A stretch of DNA of 37,785 bases, taken from positions 1 to 37,785 of the forward strand of contig JBFJZV010000001.1 in NCBI GenBank assembly GCA_041621915.1. Direction: 5' to 3'. Below the pieces are notes generated by a model. That model ran no database searches and was not told where the DNA came from. It worked only from the letters and a program-made list of their open reading frames with translations. Positions within the stretch are counted from its first letter, which is position 1; each line of letters begins with the position of its first letter. Shown one piece after another: positions 31,149 to 37,785 of this stretch. The stretch comes from Acidimicrobiia bacterium (lineage in GTDB: Bacteria > Actinomycetota > Acidimicrobiia > Spongiisociales > JAOTWH01). Made by a program: the position numbers and the translations under genes.

Positions 31149-31937
31149 ATGGCGAAGCTCACCGCCGCCGAGCGGGCCCGGCTCCCCGACCGCGCCTTCG
31201 CCTACGTGGACTCGAAGGGCAGCCGGCGCCTGCCGATCCACGACGCCTCGCACGTCCGCAACGCCCTTGCCCGGTTCAACCAGGTCCGGTTCGAGGACGA
31301 CGCCGCCAGGGAACGGGCCCGGCTCCGGGTGCTGCGCGCCGCCAAGAAGCACGGCATCGTCCCGGTCGGCTTCATCGCCGGCCAGCTCGAGGCGGAGCGA
31401 AGCTATGTCCCCGCAGGCCTCCCCACGGGGCTGGTCACGCTGCTCCTCACCGACATCGAGGGCTCGACCGGCATCCTGTCCCGCCTGGGCGACCGGTACG
31501 CCACCGTGCTGCGGGACGTCCGCGACCTGCTGCGGCGAGCGGTGCGGGGCGCAGGCGGGCGGCAGGTGGACGTGCGCGCCGACGAGTACTTCGCGGCGTT
31601 CGAGGAACCCGCAGACGCCATCCGGGCGGCGGTGGCGGCGAGCCGGGCGCTCGCAGCGCGGCATTGGCCGGACGGCGAGACCGTGATGGTGCGGGCCGGG
31701 ATCCACAGCGGACGGCCCACCCTCACCGCCTCGGGCTACATCGGGCTCTCGGTGCACACCGCCGCCCGGGTCTGCGCCGCCGCCCGCGGCGGCCAGATCC
31801 TCGTCTCGTCGGGCACACGCGACGCGCTGGAGCGGCTGCCGGACGGCATCGAGCTGCGGCGCCTGGGGCCGTTCGAGCTGAAGGGGCTCGCCGAGCCCGA
31901 GGTGCTCTACGAGGTCGCTCCGGCCGGCGAGCCCTGA
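31149..31937 (+). CDS. Class III adenylate/guanylate cyclase with N-terminal DUF6582-like domain
   Basis: The N-terminus is MAKLTAAERARLPDRAFAYVDSKGSRRLPIHDASHVRNALARFNQVRF. The cyclase core is VTLLLTDIEGSTGI...DEYFAAFE...VRAGIHSGRP...GYIGLSVHTAARVCAAARGGQILVS...ELKGL. Confidence 0.85.
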   Translation: MAKLTAAERARLPDRAFAYVDSKGSRRLPIHDASHVRNALARFNQVRFEDDAARERARLRVLRAAKKHGIVPVGFIAGQLEAERSYVPAGLPTGLVTLLLTDIEGSTGILSRLGDRYATVLRDVRDLLRRAVRGAGGRQVDVRADEYFAAFEEPADAIRAAVAASRALAARHWPDGETVMVRAGIHSGRPTLTASGYIGLSVHTAARVCAAARGGQILVSSGTRDALERLPDGIELRRLGPFELKGLAEPEVLYEVAPAGEP

Positions 31938-31961
31938 GCGTGCGCCACCAGGCGCCCCGGC

Positions 31962-33242
31962 CTACTCGAGCGGTGTCGGGGCCCCCAGTTTGCCGAGCTG
32001 GGAGACGTCTCGGGGGAACAGCAGGCTCATCGTCCAGTCGCTGACCACCCTCGCCTTACGGCCTATGCCGGGCATCATCAGCAGGTGGTAGGAACGGCCC
32101 ATCCACCACGCCAGCGGGCCGGTGAAGGTCCACCGCCGCACCTGAGCGGTACCCTGCCACTTGCCCAGCGTCACGGCCAGGCCGCGGGTGCGGTAGTCGA
32201 ACGTCTCGGGCTCGCCGACCCCGAACACGGCGGCGGCGTTGGCGGCCGCGACGTGCCCCTGGCGGAGCGCATGCTGGGCCGTGTTGGGGGCCAGCCCGCC
32301 CTCCGGGTCCGGCACCGCCGCGAAGTCGCCGACGCAGAACAGCTCGTCGTAGCCGTCGACCCGAAGCTGGTCGTCGACCGTGACGAAGCCGCGGTCGTCC
32401 ACCGGGAGGCCCCAGTCGGCCGCCGCCGGGTTGGGGCGCTGCCCGGCCGTCCACACGATCGTGCCCGAGTGATACGGGGCCACCCGGCCGTCCGACAGCT
32501 CCACGCGCTGGTCGGCGCACGACTCGAGCTTCGTCTCTAGGTACACCTCGACGCCTCGCTTGCGCAGCACCCGCTCGCTGAAGGAAGCGAGCTCGGGATG
32601 GAGGCCGGGCAGCAACGAGTCCTGCGCCTCGACGAGCACCCAGCGCATGTCGGCACGTGTCAGCGCGGGGTAGAACTTCAGCGCGTCGCGAGCCAGCGAT
32701 TCGAGCTCTGCGACTGCCTCGACGCCGGCATAGCCACCGCCGACGAACGTGAACGTGAGCAGGCGGCGTTGCTGGTCGAGCGACCGGGCGGCGTCGGCCG
32801 CGTCGAGCTGGTGGAGTACCCGGTTGCGCAGCCATATGGCATCGGCGAGCGTCTTGAATCCCACCGCGTGCTCCTCGAGCCCGGGGATGGGCAGGGTGGC
32901 CGGCACCGAGCCGGGCGCCAGCACGGCGACCCGGAACTCGACGTCGTGCTCGTCGCCGTTGACGTCCGTGACCGTTGCCGTGCGGCCCTGCGGGTCGAAG
33001 CCGGTCACCCGGCCGGCCAGCAGCGTGGTCCGGTCGAGCAACTCCCGCAGCGGGATCACTGCGTGGCGGGGCTCGAGGGTGCCGGAGGCCGCCTCCGGCA
33101 GCAGCGGCGAGAACAGCATGAAGTTGTCGGGGGCGACCAGCAGCGTCCGCTCGGAGCGGCCCCGCAGGAGCCGCTCGAGGCGGTGGGCGCAGAACGCCCC
33201 GCCGAACCCGCCGCCCACGATGAGGGTGTCGTACCAGGCCAT
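31962..33242 (-). CDS. ndh: Type II NADH dehydrogenase (NDH-2) / FAD-dependent pyridine nucleotide-disulfide oxidoreductase
   Basis: MAWYDTLIVGGGFGGAF is the first Rossmann GxGxxG. The second dinucleotide fold is FTFVGGGYAGVE. GDFAAVP is present, and the length is about 426 aa. Confidence 0.88.
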   Translation of the reverse strand: MAWYDTLIVGGGFGGAFCAHRLERLLRGRSERTLLVAPDNFMLFSPLLPEAASGTLEPRHAVIPLRELLDRTTLLAGRVTGFDPQGRTATVTDVNGDEHDVEFRVAVLAPGSVPATLPIPGLEEHAVGFKTLADAIWLRNRVLHQLDAADAARSLDQQRRLLTFTFVGGGYAGVEAVAELESLARDALKFYPALTRADMRWVLVEAQDSLLPGLHPELASFSERVLRKRGVEVYLETKLESCADQRVELSDGRVAPYHSGTIVWTAGQRPNPAAADWGLPVDDRGFVTVDDQLRVDGYDELFCVGDFAAVPDPEGGLAPNTAQHALRQGHVAAANAAAVFGVGEPETFDYRTRGLAVTLGKWQGTAQVRRWTFTGPLAWWMGRSYHLLMMPGIGRKARVVSDWTMSLLFPRDVSQLGKLGAPTPLE

Positions 33243-33286
33243 GAGGGCGCGAGCCTACGGCGGCCGGGAACGCGTAGTGTCGGCGC

Positions 33287-33886
33287 GTGATCGTCGAGCA
33301 TGCCGGCCGCTCTCCCCGCGTCGACCCCACCGCATGGGTGGCGCCCACCGCCACGCTCGTGGGCGACGTGGAGGTGGGCCCGGAGAGCCGGGTGCTCTTC
33401 GGGGCGGTGCTCACCGCCGACGGCGGGCCGGTGCGGATCGGTGCCCGCTGCGTGGTGATGGAGAACGCCGTGGTCCGGGGAACCCGCCGGCACCCGTTGC
33501 ACGTCGGGGACAGGGTGCTGGTGGGGCCGCGCGCCTACCTCAGCGGCTGCACCGTCGGCGAGGAGTGCTTCCTCGCCACCGGCGCCACCGTGTTCAACGG
33601 CGCTCGCCTCGGGCGGCGGGTGGAGGTGCGCGTCAACGGCACCGTGCACCTGAAGACCCGGCTGGACGACGGGTCCCTGGTGCCGATCGGGTGGGTCGCG
33701 GTCGGTGATCCGGCCCGCCTCCTGCCGCCCGACCGCCACGACGAGATCTGGGCCGTGCAGGAGCCCCTCGACTTCCCCGGAGAGATCTTCGGCGTGGAGC
33801 GCTCGCCCGCCATGATGACCGAGATCATGGATCGCTATACCCGCGGGCTGGCCCGCCACTGCGACGACCGCGTCATCGACGGCTGA
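33287..33886 (+). CDS. Gamma-carbonic-anhydrase-like / hexapeptide-repeat (LbH) family protein
   Basis: Starts at GTG 33287. PRVDPTAWVAPTATLVGDVEVGPESRVLFGAVLTADGGPVRIGARCVVMENAVVRG shows the left-handed beta-helix hexapeptide periodicity typical of the YrdA/PaaY family. Confidence 0.82.
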   Translation: MIVEHAGRSPRVDPTAWVAPTATLVGDVEVGPESRVLFGAVLTADGGPVRIGARCVVMENAVVRGTRRHPLHVGDRVLVGPRAYLSGCTVGEECFLATGATVFNGARLGRRVEVRVNGTVHLKTRLDDGSLVPIGWVAVGDPARLLPPDRHDEIWAVQEPLDFPGEIFGVERSPAMMTEIMDRYTRGLARHCDDRVIDG

Positions 33887-34430
33887 GCCAGGCAACGACG
33901 TCGGCCGCGTTGCGGTCGGGAGGAAAGACCGGGTACCAGACCCGCTTCACGCGACCGCCCCGCGCGATCAGGGTCACCCGCCGGTAGAGCCTCGTACCCC
34001 CGGAGGTGAAGACCGGGAGCCGCGGCGGCTCGCCCGCCAGCCGCAAAGCCTGGTCGTTGAGCAGTGGGAACGGGATGTGCATCCGGGCGGCGAACACCTG
34101 CTGCTCGGCCGCCGGCTGGGCGCTGAGACCCCACACGGTGGCATCGAGCGCCGCCAGCTCGCCGTGGTGATCGCGGAACTCGCACGCCTGCGGCGTACAG
34201 CCGCGGGCGCCGGGTATCAGGTCCCAATCGTCCGGCAGGTCGATGCCGGGACCGCCCGTCCGCGGGTACACGTACAGCACCAGCCAGCGGGTGGGGACGT
34301 CGCGTAGCCGGCGCGGGCCCTGGGTAGACGGGAGCTCTACGTCGGGCAGCTCGATACCGGGGAGGTGGCTGCACGCACCGTCGTCGACCGGTGCCGGCAG
34401 GTCGGGCGGGAGGGCGGTCAGGTCGGGCAC
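33873..34430 (-). CDS. Peroxiredoxin / AhpC-TSA (BCP-like) family redoxin
   Basis: Starts at GTG 34430. WLVLYVYPRTGGPG...PGARGCTPQACEFRDH carries the peroxidatic Cys context. The 3' end overlaps the convergent LbH gene by 14 nt. Confidence 0.78.
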   Translation of the reverse strand: MPDLTALPPDLPAPVDDGACSHLPGIELPDVELPSTQGPRRLRDVPTRWLVLYVYPRTGGPGIDLPDDWDLIPGARGCTPQACEFRDHHGELAALDATVWGLSAQPAAEQQVFAARMHIPFPLLNDQALRLAGEPPRLPVFTSGGTRLYRRVTLIARGGRVKRVWYPVFPPDRNAADVVAWLSRR

Positions 34431-34453
34431 GAGGCGAGCGTAGGCTGCCGCCG

Positions 34454-34885
34454 ATGAGCTCGTGGGCAGATTTCACGGCCGCCGCCCCGGGACTGGCCGC
34501 GGCGATCGAGGAACGCTTGGCAGCCAGCCGGTACGCGCTCGTGGGCACGATCCGGGCCGACGGCTTCCCCCGCATCAGCGGCATCGTGGCCCGGGTCGAG
34601 GGCGGCGAGTTGTGGCTGTCGACCAAGGCGGGCTCGGCGATCGCCGGCGACCTGCGCCGCGAGCCGCGCTGCTCGCTGCACAGCGGGCCGGTGCACGGGG
34701 GCCAGCCGAGGCGCGACGTCAAGATGCAGGGCCGGGCCGTCGAGGAGCCGGGCGAGGGCGGCCTGACCCGGTTCCGGGTCGACGTGGTCGACGCCTCCAC
34801 CATTCGCCTCGGCGACCCACCCGACCACCACGTGCTGGAGACATGGCGGGAGGGCGAGAGAGGGTCGCAGATCGCGCACCGCTGA
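34454..34885 (+). CDS. Pyridoxamine 5'-phosphate oxidase-like (split-barrel FMN/F420-binding) family protein
   Basis: The ATG at 34454 is in frame in track ORF 34391..34885. ALVGTIRADGFPRISGIVARVEGGELWLSTKAGSAIAGDLRREPRCSLH fits the PPOX-like barrel pattern. Confidence 0.7.
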   Translation: MSSWADFTAAAPGLAAAIEERLAASRYALVGTIRADGFPRISGIVARVEGGELWLSTKAGSAIAGDLRREPRCSLHSGPVHGGQPRRDVKMQGRAVEEPGEGGLTRFRVDVVDASTIRLGDPPDHHVLETWREGERGSQIAHR

Positions 34886-35025
34886 CTTCGCCTCTCGGTG
34901 CGGCCGCCCACTGACAGGCCCTGCCGGCTACGAGGCGCGTCCGGCCGTACCGGCATGCGCGCCAAGTGGCCAGCCAAGCCCGGCCGTTGCGCCCTGGTGG
35001 GGGACAGCCGATCCGGCGCACACTG

Positions 35026-35667
35026 TTAGAGATGAGCAGTCGCTCCCGGGCTCAGATGTGCCCCGGATCGCTCGGTGCTTGCCACCGTCGGGGCGGCGAC
35101 GCGGATGAGGCCGCCGATCGCCAGGCCCAACCCGGCCCCACCGATCACATCGAGCGGCAGGTGGGCCGCGGTGTACATCCGCAGTATGCCGGCGAACGCG
35201 GCGGCGGCCCACAGCACCGCCCGCCACGGCCGCCGCAGGTGAGGGGAGATCACGGCCGCCATTGCGAACGCCACGGCGGCGTGCCCGGACACGAACCCCA
35301 GGCCAGCCCACTCTGGCCGCAGGATCACGTCCTCGAGGAGCGCCTGCGGCCGGCCCCGCTCCACGAAGGCCTTCACGACCTTGGCGAGGACCCAGGCGGC
35401 GGCACCGGCACCGAAGACCGCCACGGCGACGTCGCGGCGGCGCCACGCGACGTAGACGACGAGGGCCGCCACGGGGATCATCGCCGCCGCGCCCAACTGC
35501 ATCATCGGCCACGTCGGTGCCTGCAGCCAGTCGGGCCAGCGGTTCACCCACCGGAAGGCCTCCTCCTCGAGCCGACTCACGGTGGGCTCCATGGCGAGCA
35601 GCGACGTGATGGCGAGCACGATGCCGCCCACTGCTGCGAGCCAGAGGCCGGAAGTCCGATGGGTCAC
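35026..35667 (-). CDS. PAP2-superfamily lipid phosphatase
   Basis: Starts at GTG 35667. It has multiple TM helices and the three PAP2 motifs: KVVKAFVERGRP, SGHAA, and RMYTAAHLPLDVIGG. Confidence 0.85.
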   Translation of the reverse strand: MTHRTSGLWLAAVGGIVLAITSLLAMEPTVSRLEEEAFRWVNRWPDWLQAPTWPMMQLGAAAMIPVAALVVYVAWRRRDVAVAVFGAGAAAWVLAKVVKAFVERGRPQALLEDVILRPEWAGLGFVSGHAAVAFAMAAVISPHLRRPWRAVLWAAAAFAGILRMYTAAHLPLDVIGGAGLGLAIGGLIRVAAPTVASTERSGAHLSPGATAHL

Positions 35668-35696
35668 GACGGGTCCCCTCCCCGCAGGGGCCGCCG

Positions 35697-36779
35697 GTGA
35701 GCCCTCCGAACCCTGCCCGGGGCGAGCGCAGCCGGCGGCGGCAGGTGATCAGGTCCGCGGCCTCGCTGGCGATCGTGGTGGCGATCTTCGTCGGGGTCAT
35801 CCCCCGGATCGCCAGCTACGGCGACGTGTGGTCCACGCTCCGCGACATGACCTGGCTCGAGATCACGTCGTTGGTGGTCGTGGCGATCTGGAACATGGTG
35901 ACGTACTGGTTCCTGCTCGTGGCGGTCCTTCCCGGCCTCACCTATCCGCAGGCGGCGGTGGTGAACCAGGCGTCCACGGCGGTGGCCAACACCGTGCCCG
36001 GCGGCGCGGCGGTGGCCGTGGGCGTCAGCTACGCGATGTACTCGTCCTGGGGGTTCTCCAAATCGGAGTTCGTGTTCGCTGCCGTCGTCTCGGGACTGTG
36101 GAACAACTTCGCCAAGCTGGGCCTGCCGGTGGTCGCCCTGGCGCTGTTGGCGGTGACCGGCGACGTCACTCCGGCGCTGCTGACCGCCGCCGTAGCCGGC
36201 GTGGCCGTCCTGGCCGGCGGGGTGGTCGTGTTCGGGGCGATGCTGCGGCACGAGGGCGTGGCCAGGGCGGTCGGCAGCGCCGCCGGGCGGGGGGTCTCCT
36301 CCCTGCGCCGGCTCTTCCACAAGCCGCCGGTGACCGGCTGGGGCCGGGCGGCGGCCGGGTTCTGCGCTCGCACCTCTGCGGTGCTGCACCGCCGGCATGT
36401 GCGGATCACGGTCGCCACGCTCGTCAGCCACCTGTCGCTCTACCTGGTGCTGCTGACGGCCCTGCGCCATGTGGGCATCTCGGAGGAGGAGGTGAGCTGG
36501 ATCGCGGTGCTGGCCGCGTATGCGTTCGTGCGCCTGATCTCCGCGCTGCCGATAACGCCCGGCGGCGTCGGAGTCGTCGAGCTGGGCTACACCGCTGCGC
36601 TGGGGATCGGCCTCGGGAGCGCGGCTCAGGCGCAGATCGTGGCGGCGGTGCTGGCGTTCCGGTTCATCACGTTCGTGCTCCCGATTCCGCTCGGCGCCGC
36701 CGCCTACCTGTTCTGGCGGCGCAACACGAGCTGGCGGGCGCAGGGCGCGGGCACCCCCGCGGTGCCGGCGCCTTCGTGA
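35697..36779 (+). CDS. Lysylphosphatidylglycerol-synthase-TM-region / flippase-like membrane protein (no synthase domain)
   Basis: Starts at GTG 35697; the alternative GTG is at 35745. It has about 8 TM helices and the conserved ITPGGVGVVE motif. Confidence 0.8.
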   Translation: MSPPNPARGERSRRRQVIRSAASLAIVVAIFVGVIPRIASYGDVWSTLRDMTWLEITSLVVVAIWNMVTYWFLLVAVLPGLTYPQAAVVNQASTAVANTVPGGAAVAVGVSYAMYSSWGFSKSEFVFAAVVSGLWNNFAKLGLPVVALALLAVTGDVTPALLTAAVAGVAVLAGGVVVFGAMLRHEGVARAVGSAAGRGVSSLRRLFHKPPVTGWGRAAAGFCARTSAVLHRRHVRITVATLVSHLSLYLVLLTALRHVGISEEEVSWIAVLAAYAFVRLISALPITPGGVGVVELGYTAALGIGLGSAAQAQIVAAVLAFRFITFVLPIPLGAAAYLFWRRNTSWRAQGAGTPAVPAPS

Positions 36780-36790
36780 CGCGGCCGGGT

Positions 36791-37639
36791 TCATGGGTCG
36801 AGCCGCAGCCCGACGTGTACTTGCGTGAAGCGGTCGAGCGTGGTGCGGGCCACGAACGACAGCCCCGCCGGGATCTCTTCCCCCAGATCGGCTGCGCCGG
36901 GACCCGTCGCGTCGACCACGTACGTCGCGCAGCCGCCGTCGAACCGGAACTGCCACGTGCCGCGGTACGACTGATCCTCCCAGGCCTCCTTGACGTCCCG
37001 CAGCTCGGCGGCCACGTCGTCCCACTCGACCGCCAGGGAGCGGTGGGCGCTCGGCACGTGCACGTGCACGACGGCGTCGGCGAGGCTGAGGTCGTCGACG
37101 ACCACCGCGAAGTCGCCGGCCTGAAGGGCGGCGGCGACGCGCTCGCTCGCCGATGCCCCGGCCGGGACGACGAGGGCCGTGAGGCCGCTGGCGGCGAGCT
37201 CGGCGGCCAGGGCGTTTGCCGTGGCGATGTGCCGGCTCGCCACCGGAACGACTGCGATGTCCGAGTCGGGGGGAGCGGTGACGACCACGTCCTGCGACAA
37301 CCGGGCGGACCCGCCCGGCACCAGCACCAAGCTCTCGTCCGCCGCGGCCCGACAGGAGTCGCCGAGGCGGACGTCCAGGAAGTCGCTGCCCATCGACGGC
37401 GAGTCGAACCACAGCCGAGCTGCGCCGCGACCGGCATCGAGGCCGCCGAAGCGCCAACCCGGCTGAAGATCGGCGACGCACGGGACCAACTCCGCAGTGG
37501 GCACCGCCTGCGCCAGCAGCAGGACTGCGCTGCCGTTGTCGAGCGCGCAATCGGGCAGCGCGTCGTCCTCCACCGAGGTGCTGCAAGAGGCGGCGAGGAC
37601 GCTCGCCGCGACGAGCACGAGCAGCGGGTGGGCCTTCAC
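36791..37639 (-). CDS. Hypothetical lipoprotein
   Basis: The GTG at 37639 gives (M)KAHPLLVLVAASVLAASCS (lipobox LAASC). Third positions are GC-rich. I do not recognise a family. The start overlaps the stop of the upstream partial gene. Confidence 0.7.
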   Translation of the reverse strand: MKAHPLLVLVAASVLAASCSTSVEDDALPDCALDNGSAVLLLAQAVPTAELVPCVADLQPGWRFGGLDAGRGAARLWFDSPSMGSDFLDVRLGDSCRAAADESLVLVPGGSARLSQDVVVTAPPDSDIAVVPVASRHIATANALAAELAASGLTALVVPAGASASERVAAALQAGDFAVVVDDLSLADAVVHVHVPSAHRSLAVEWDDVAAELRDVKEAWEDQSYRGTWQFRFDGGCATYVVDATGPGAADLGEEIPAGLSFVARTTLDRFTQVHVGLRLDP

Positions 37640-37785
37640 AGGATTCCCGTCCGGCGCAGGGTGTCGAACCCGATGTAGGCGAGGGCCGTCGCCGCGCCGG
37701 CACCCCCGACGAGCAGACCCGCCCGGCGGGTGCTCCAACGCTGGATGTGGATCGGCTCCCGGTGCGGGGCGAGTGCCCGGAAGGC
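37636..37785 (-). CDS. C-terminal fragment of an unidentified protein with a terminal TM helix (gene runs off the window end)
   Basis: Reverse-complement reading from 37785 gives AFRALAPHREPIHIQRWSTRRAGLLVGGAGAATALAYIGFDTLRRTGIL then a stop (TGA at 37638-37636). It is open to the window edge and has high GC3. Confidence 0.5.
   Translation of the reverse strand, partial: AFRALAPHREPIHIQRWSTRRAGLLVGGAGAATALAYIGFDTLRRTGIL

Noticed and set aside
35582-37703. Two ~690-aa ORFs (35582..37678 plus strand, 35664..37703 minus strand) over the flippase-like and lipoprotein genes
   Set aside because: Both are Arg/Gly/Pro-rich nonsense frames. The region is better explained by the 360-aa membrane protein (+) and the lipobox protein (-).
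1-37785. Mobile genetic element, prophage or defence island
   Set aside because: I found no integrase, transposase, recombinase, tRNA attachment site, phage structural gene or flanking direct repeats. Composition is uniformly GC-rich except for short intergenic stretches.

Overview
This is a very GC-rich, gene-dense chromosomal segment of actinobacterial type. WhiB, the Bpa proteasome activator, a PknB-like Ser/Thr kinase, WS/DGAT and TlpA/CcdA all point to Actinomycetota. I can support about 40 protein-coding genes. By eye I found no rRNA, tRNA, CRISPR array, integrase or transposase. Most genes are housekeeping: lipid and envelope metabolism, redox, c-di-GMP and cAMP signalling, and DNA repair. 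Most of the long ORFs in the six-frame track are antisense or out-of-frame high-GC artefacts. Many real starts (often GTG) lie well inside the listed ORFs, so I re-derived starts from RBS position, signal peptides and family N-termini. The stand-out is one ~1250-aa protein (11737..15486, +) with an Apaf-1/plant-NLR-like layout: an N-terminal TIR domain with the SxWxxxE-type catalytic Glu, an NB-ARC STAND NTPase (Walker A, Walker B, TTR, GLPL and an Apaf-1-like LH(D/N) segment), and about 14 WD40-like blades. This is a candidate single-gene NAD-depleting immune or programmed-death sensor. It sits after a small 4-TM protein, next to a divergent Crp/Fnr regulator, and its 3' end overlaps a convergent DUF45 metallopeptidase gene. 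About 8 kb downstream lies a second, small standalone TIR-like ORF (23690..24117, -). It is frame-disrupted near a homopolymer run and is the last gene of a marR - Ser/Thr kinase string; the kinase has tandem Excalibur-like repeats. Other items worth a look are a MurF-type ligase whose N-terminal domain is replaced by a polytopic membrane domain (coupled to an alpha/beta hydrolase and Ddl), a low-GC MarR promoter/operator island with an orphan small ORF and a perfect 11-bp hairpin, and a long imperfect inverted repeat in a convergent intergenic gap. All family assignments rest on motif recognition by eye. No database search was run.
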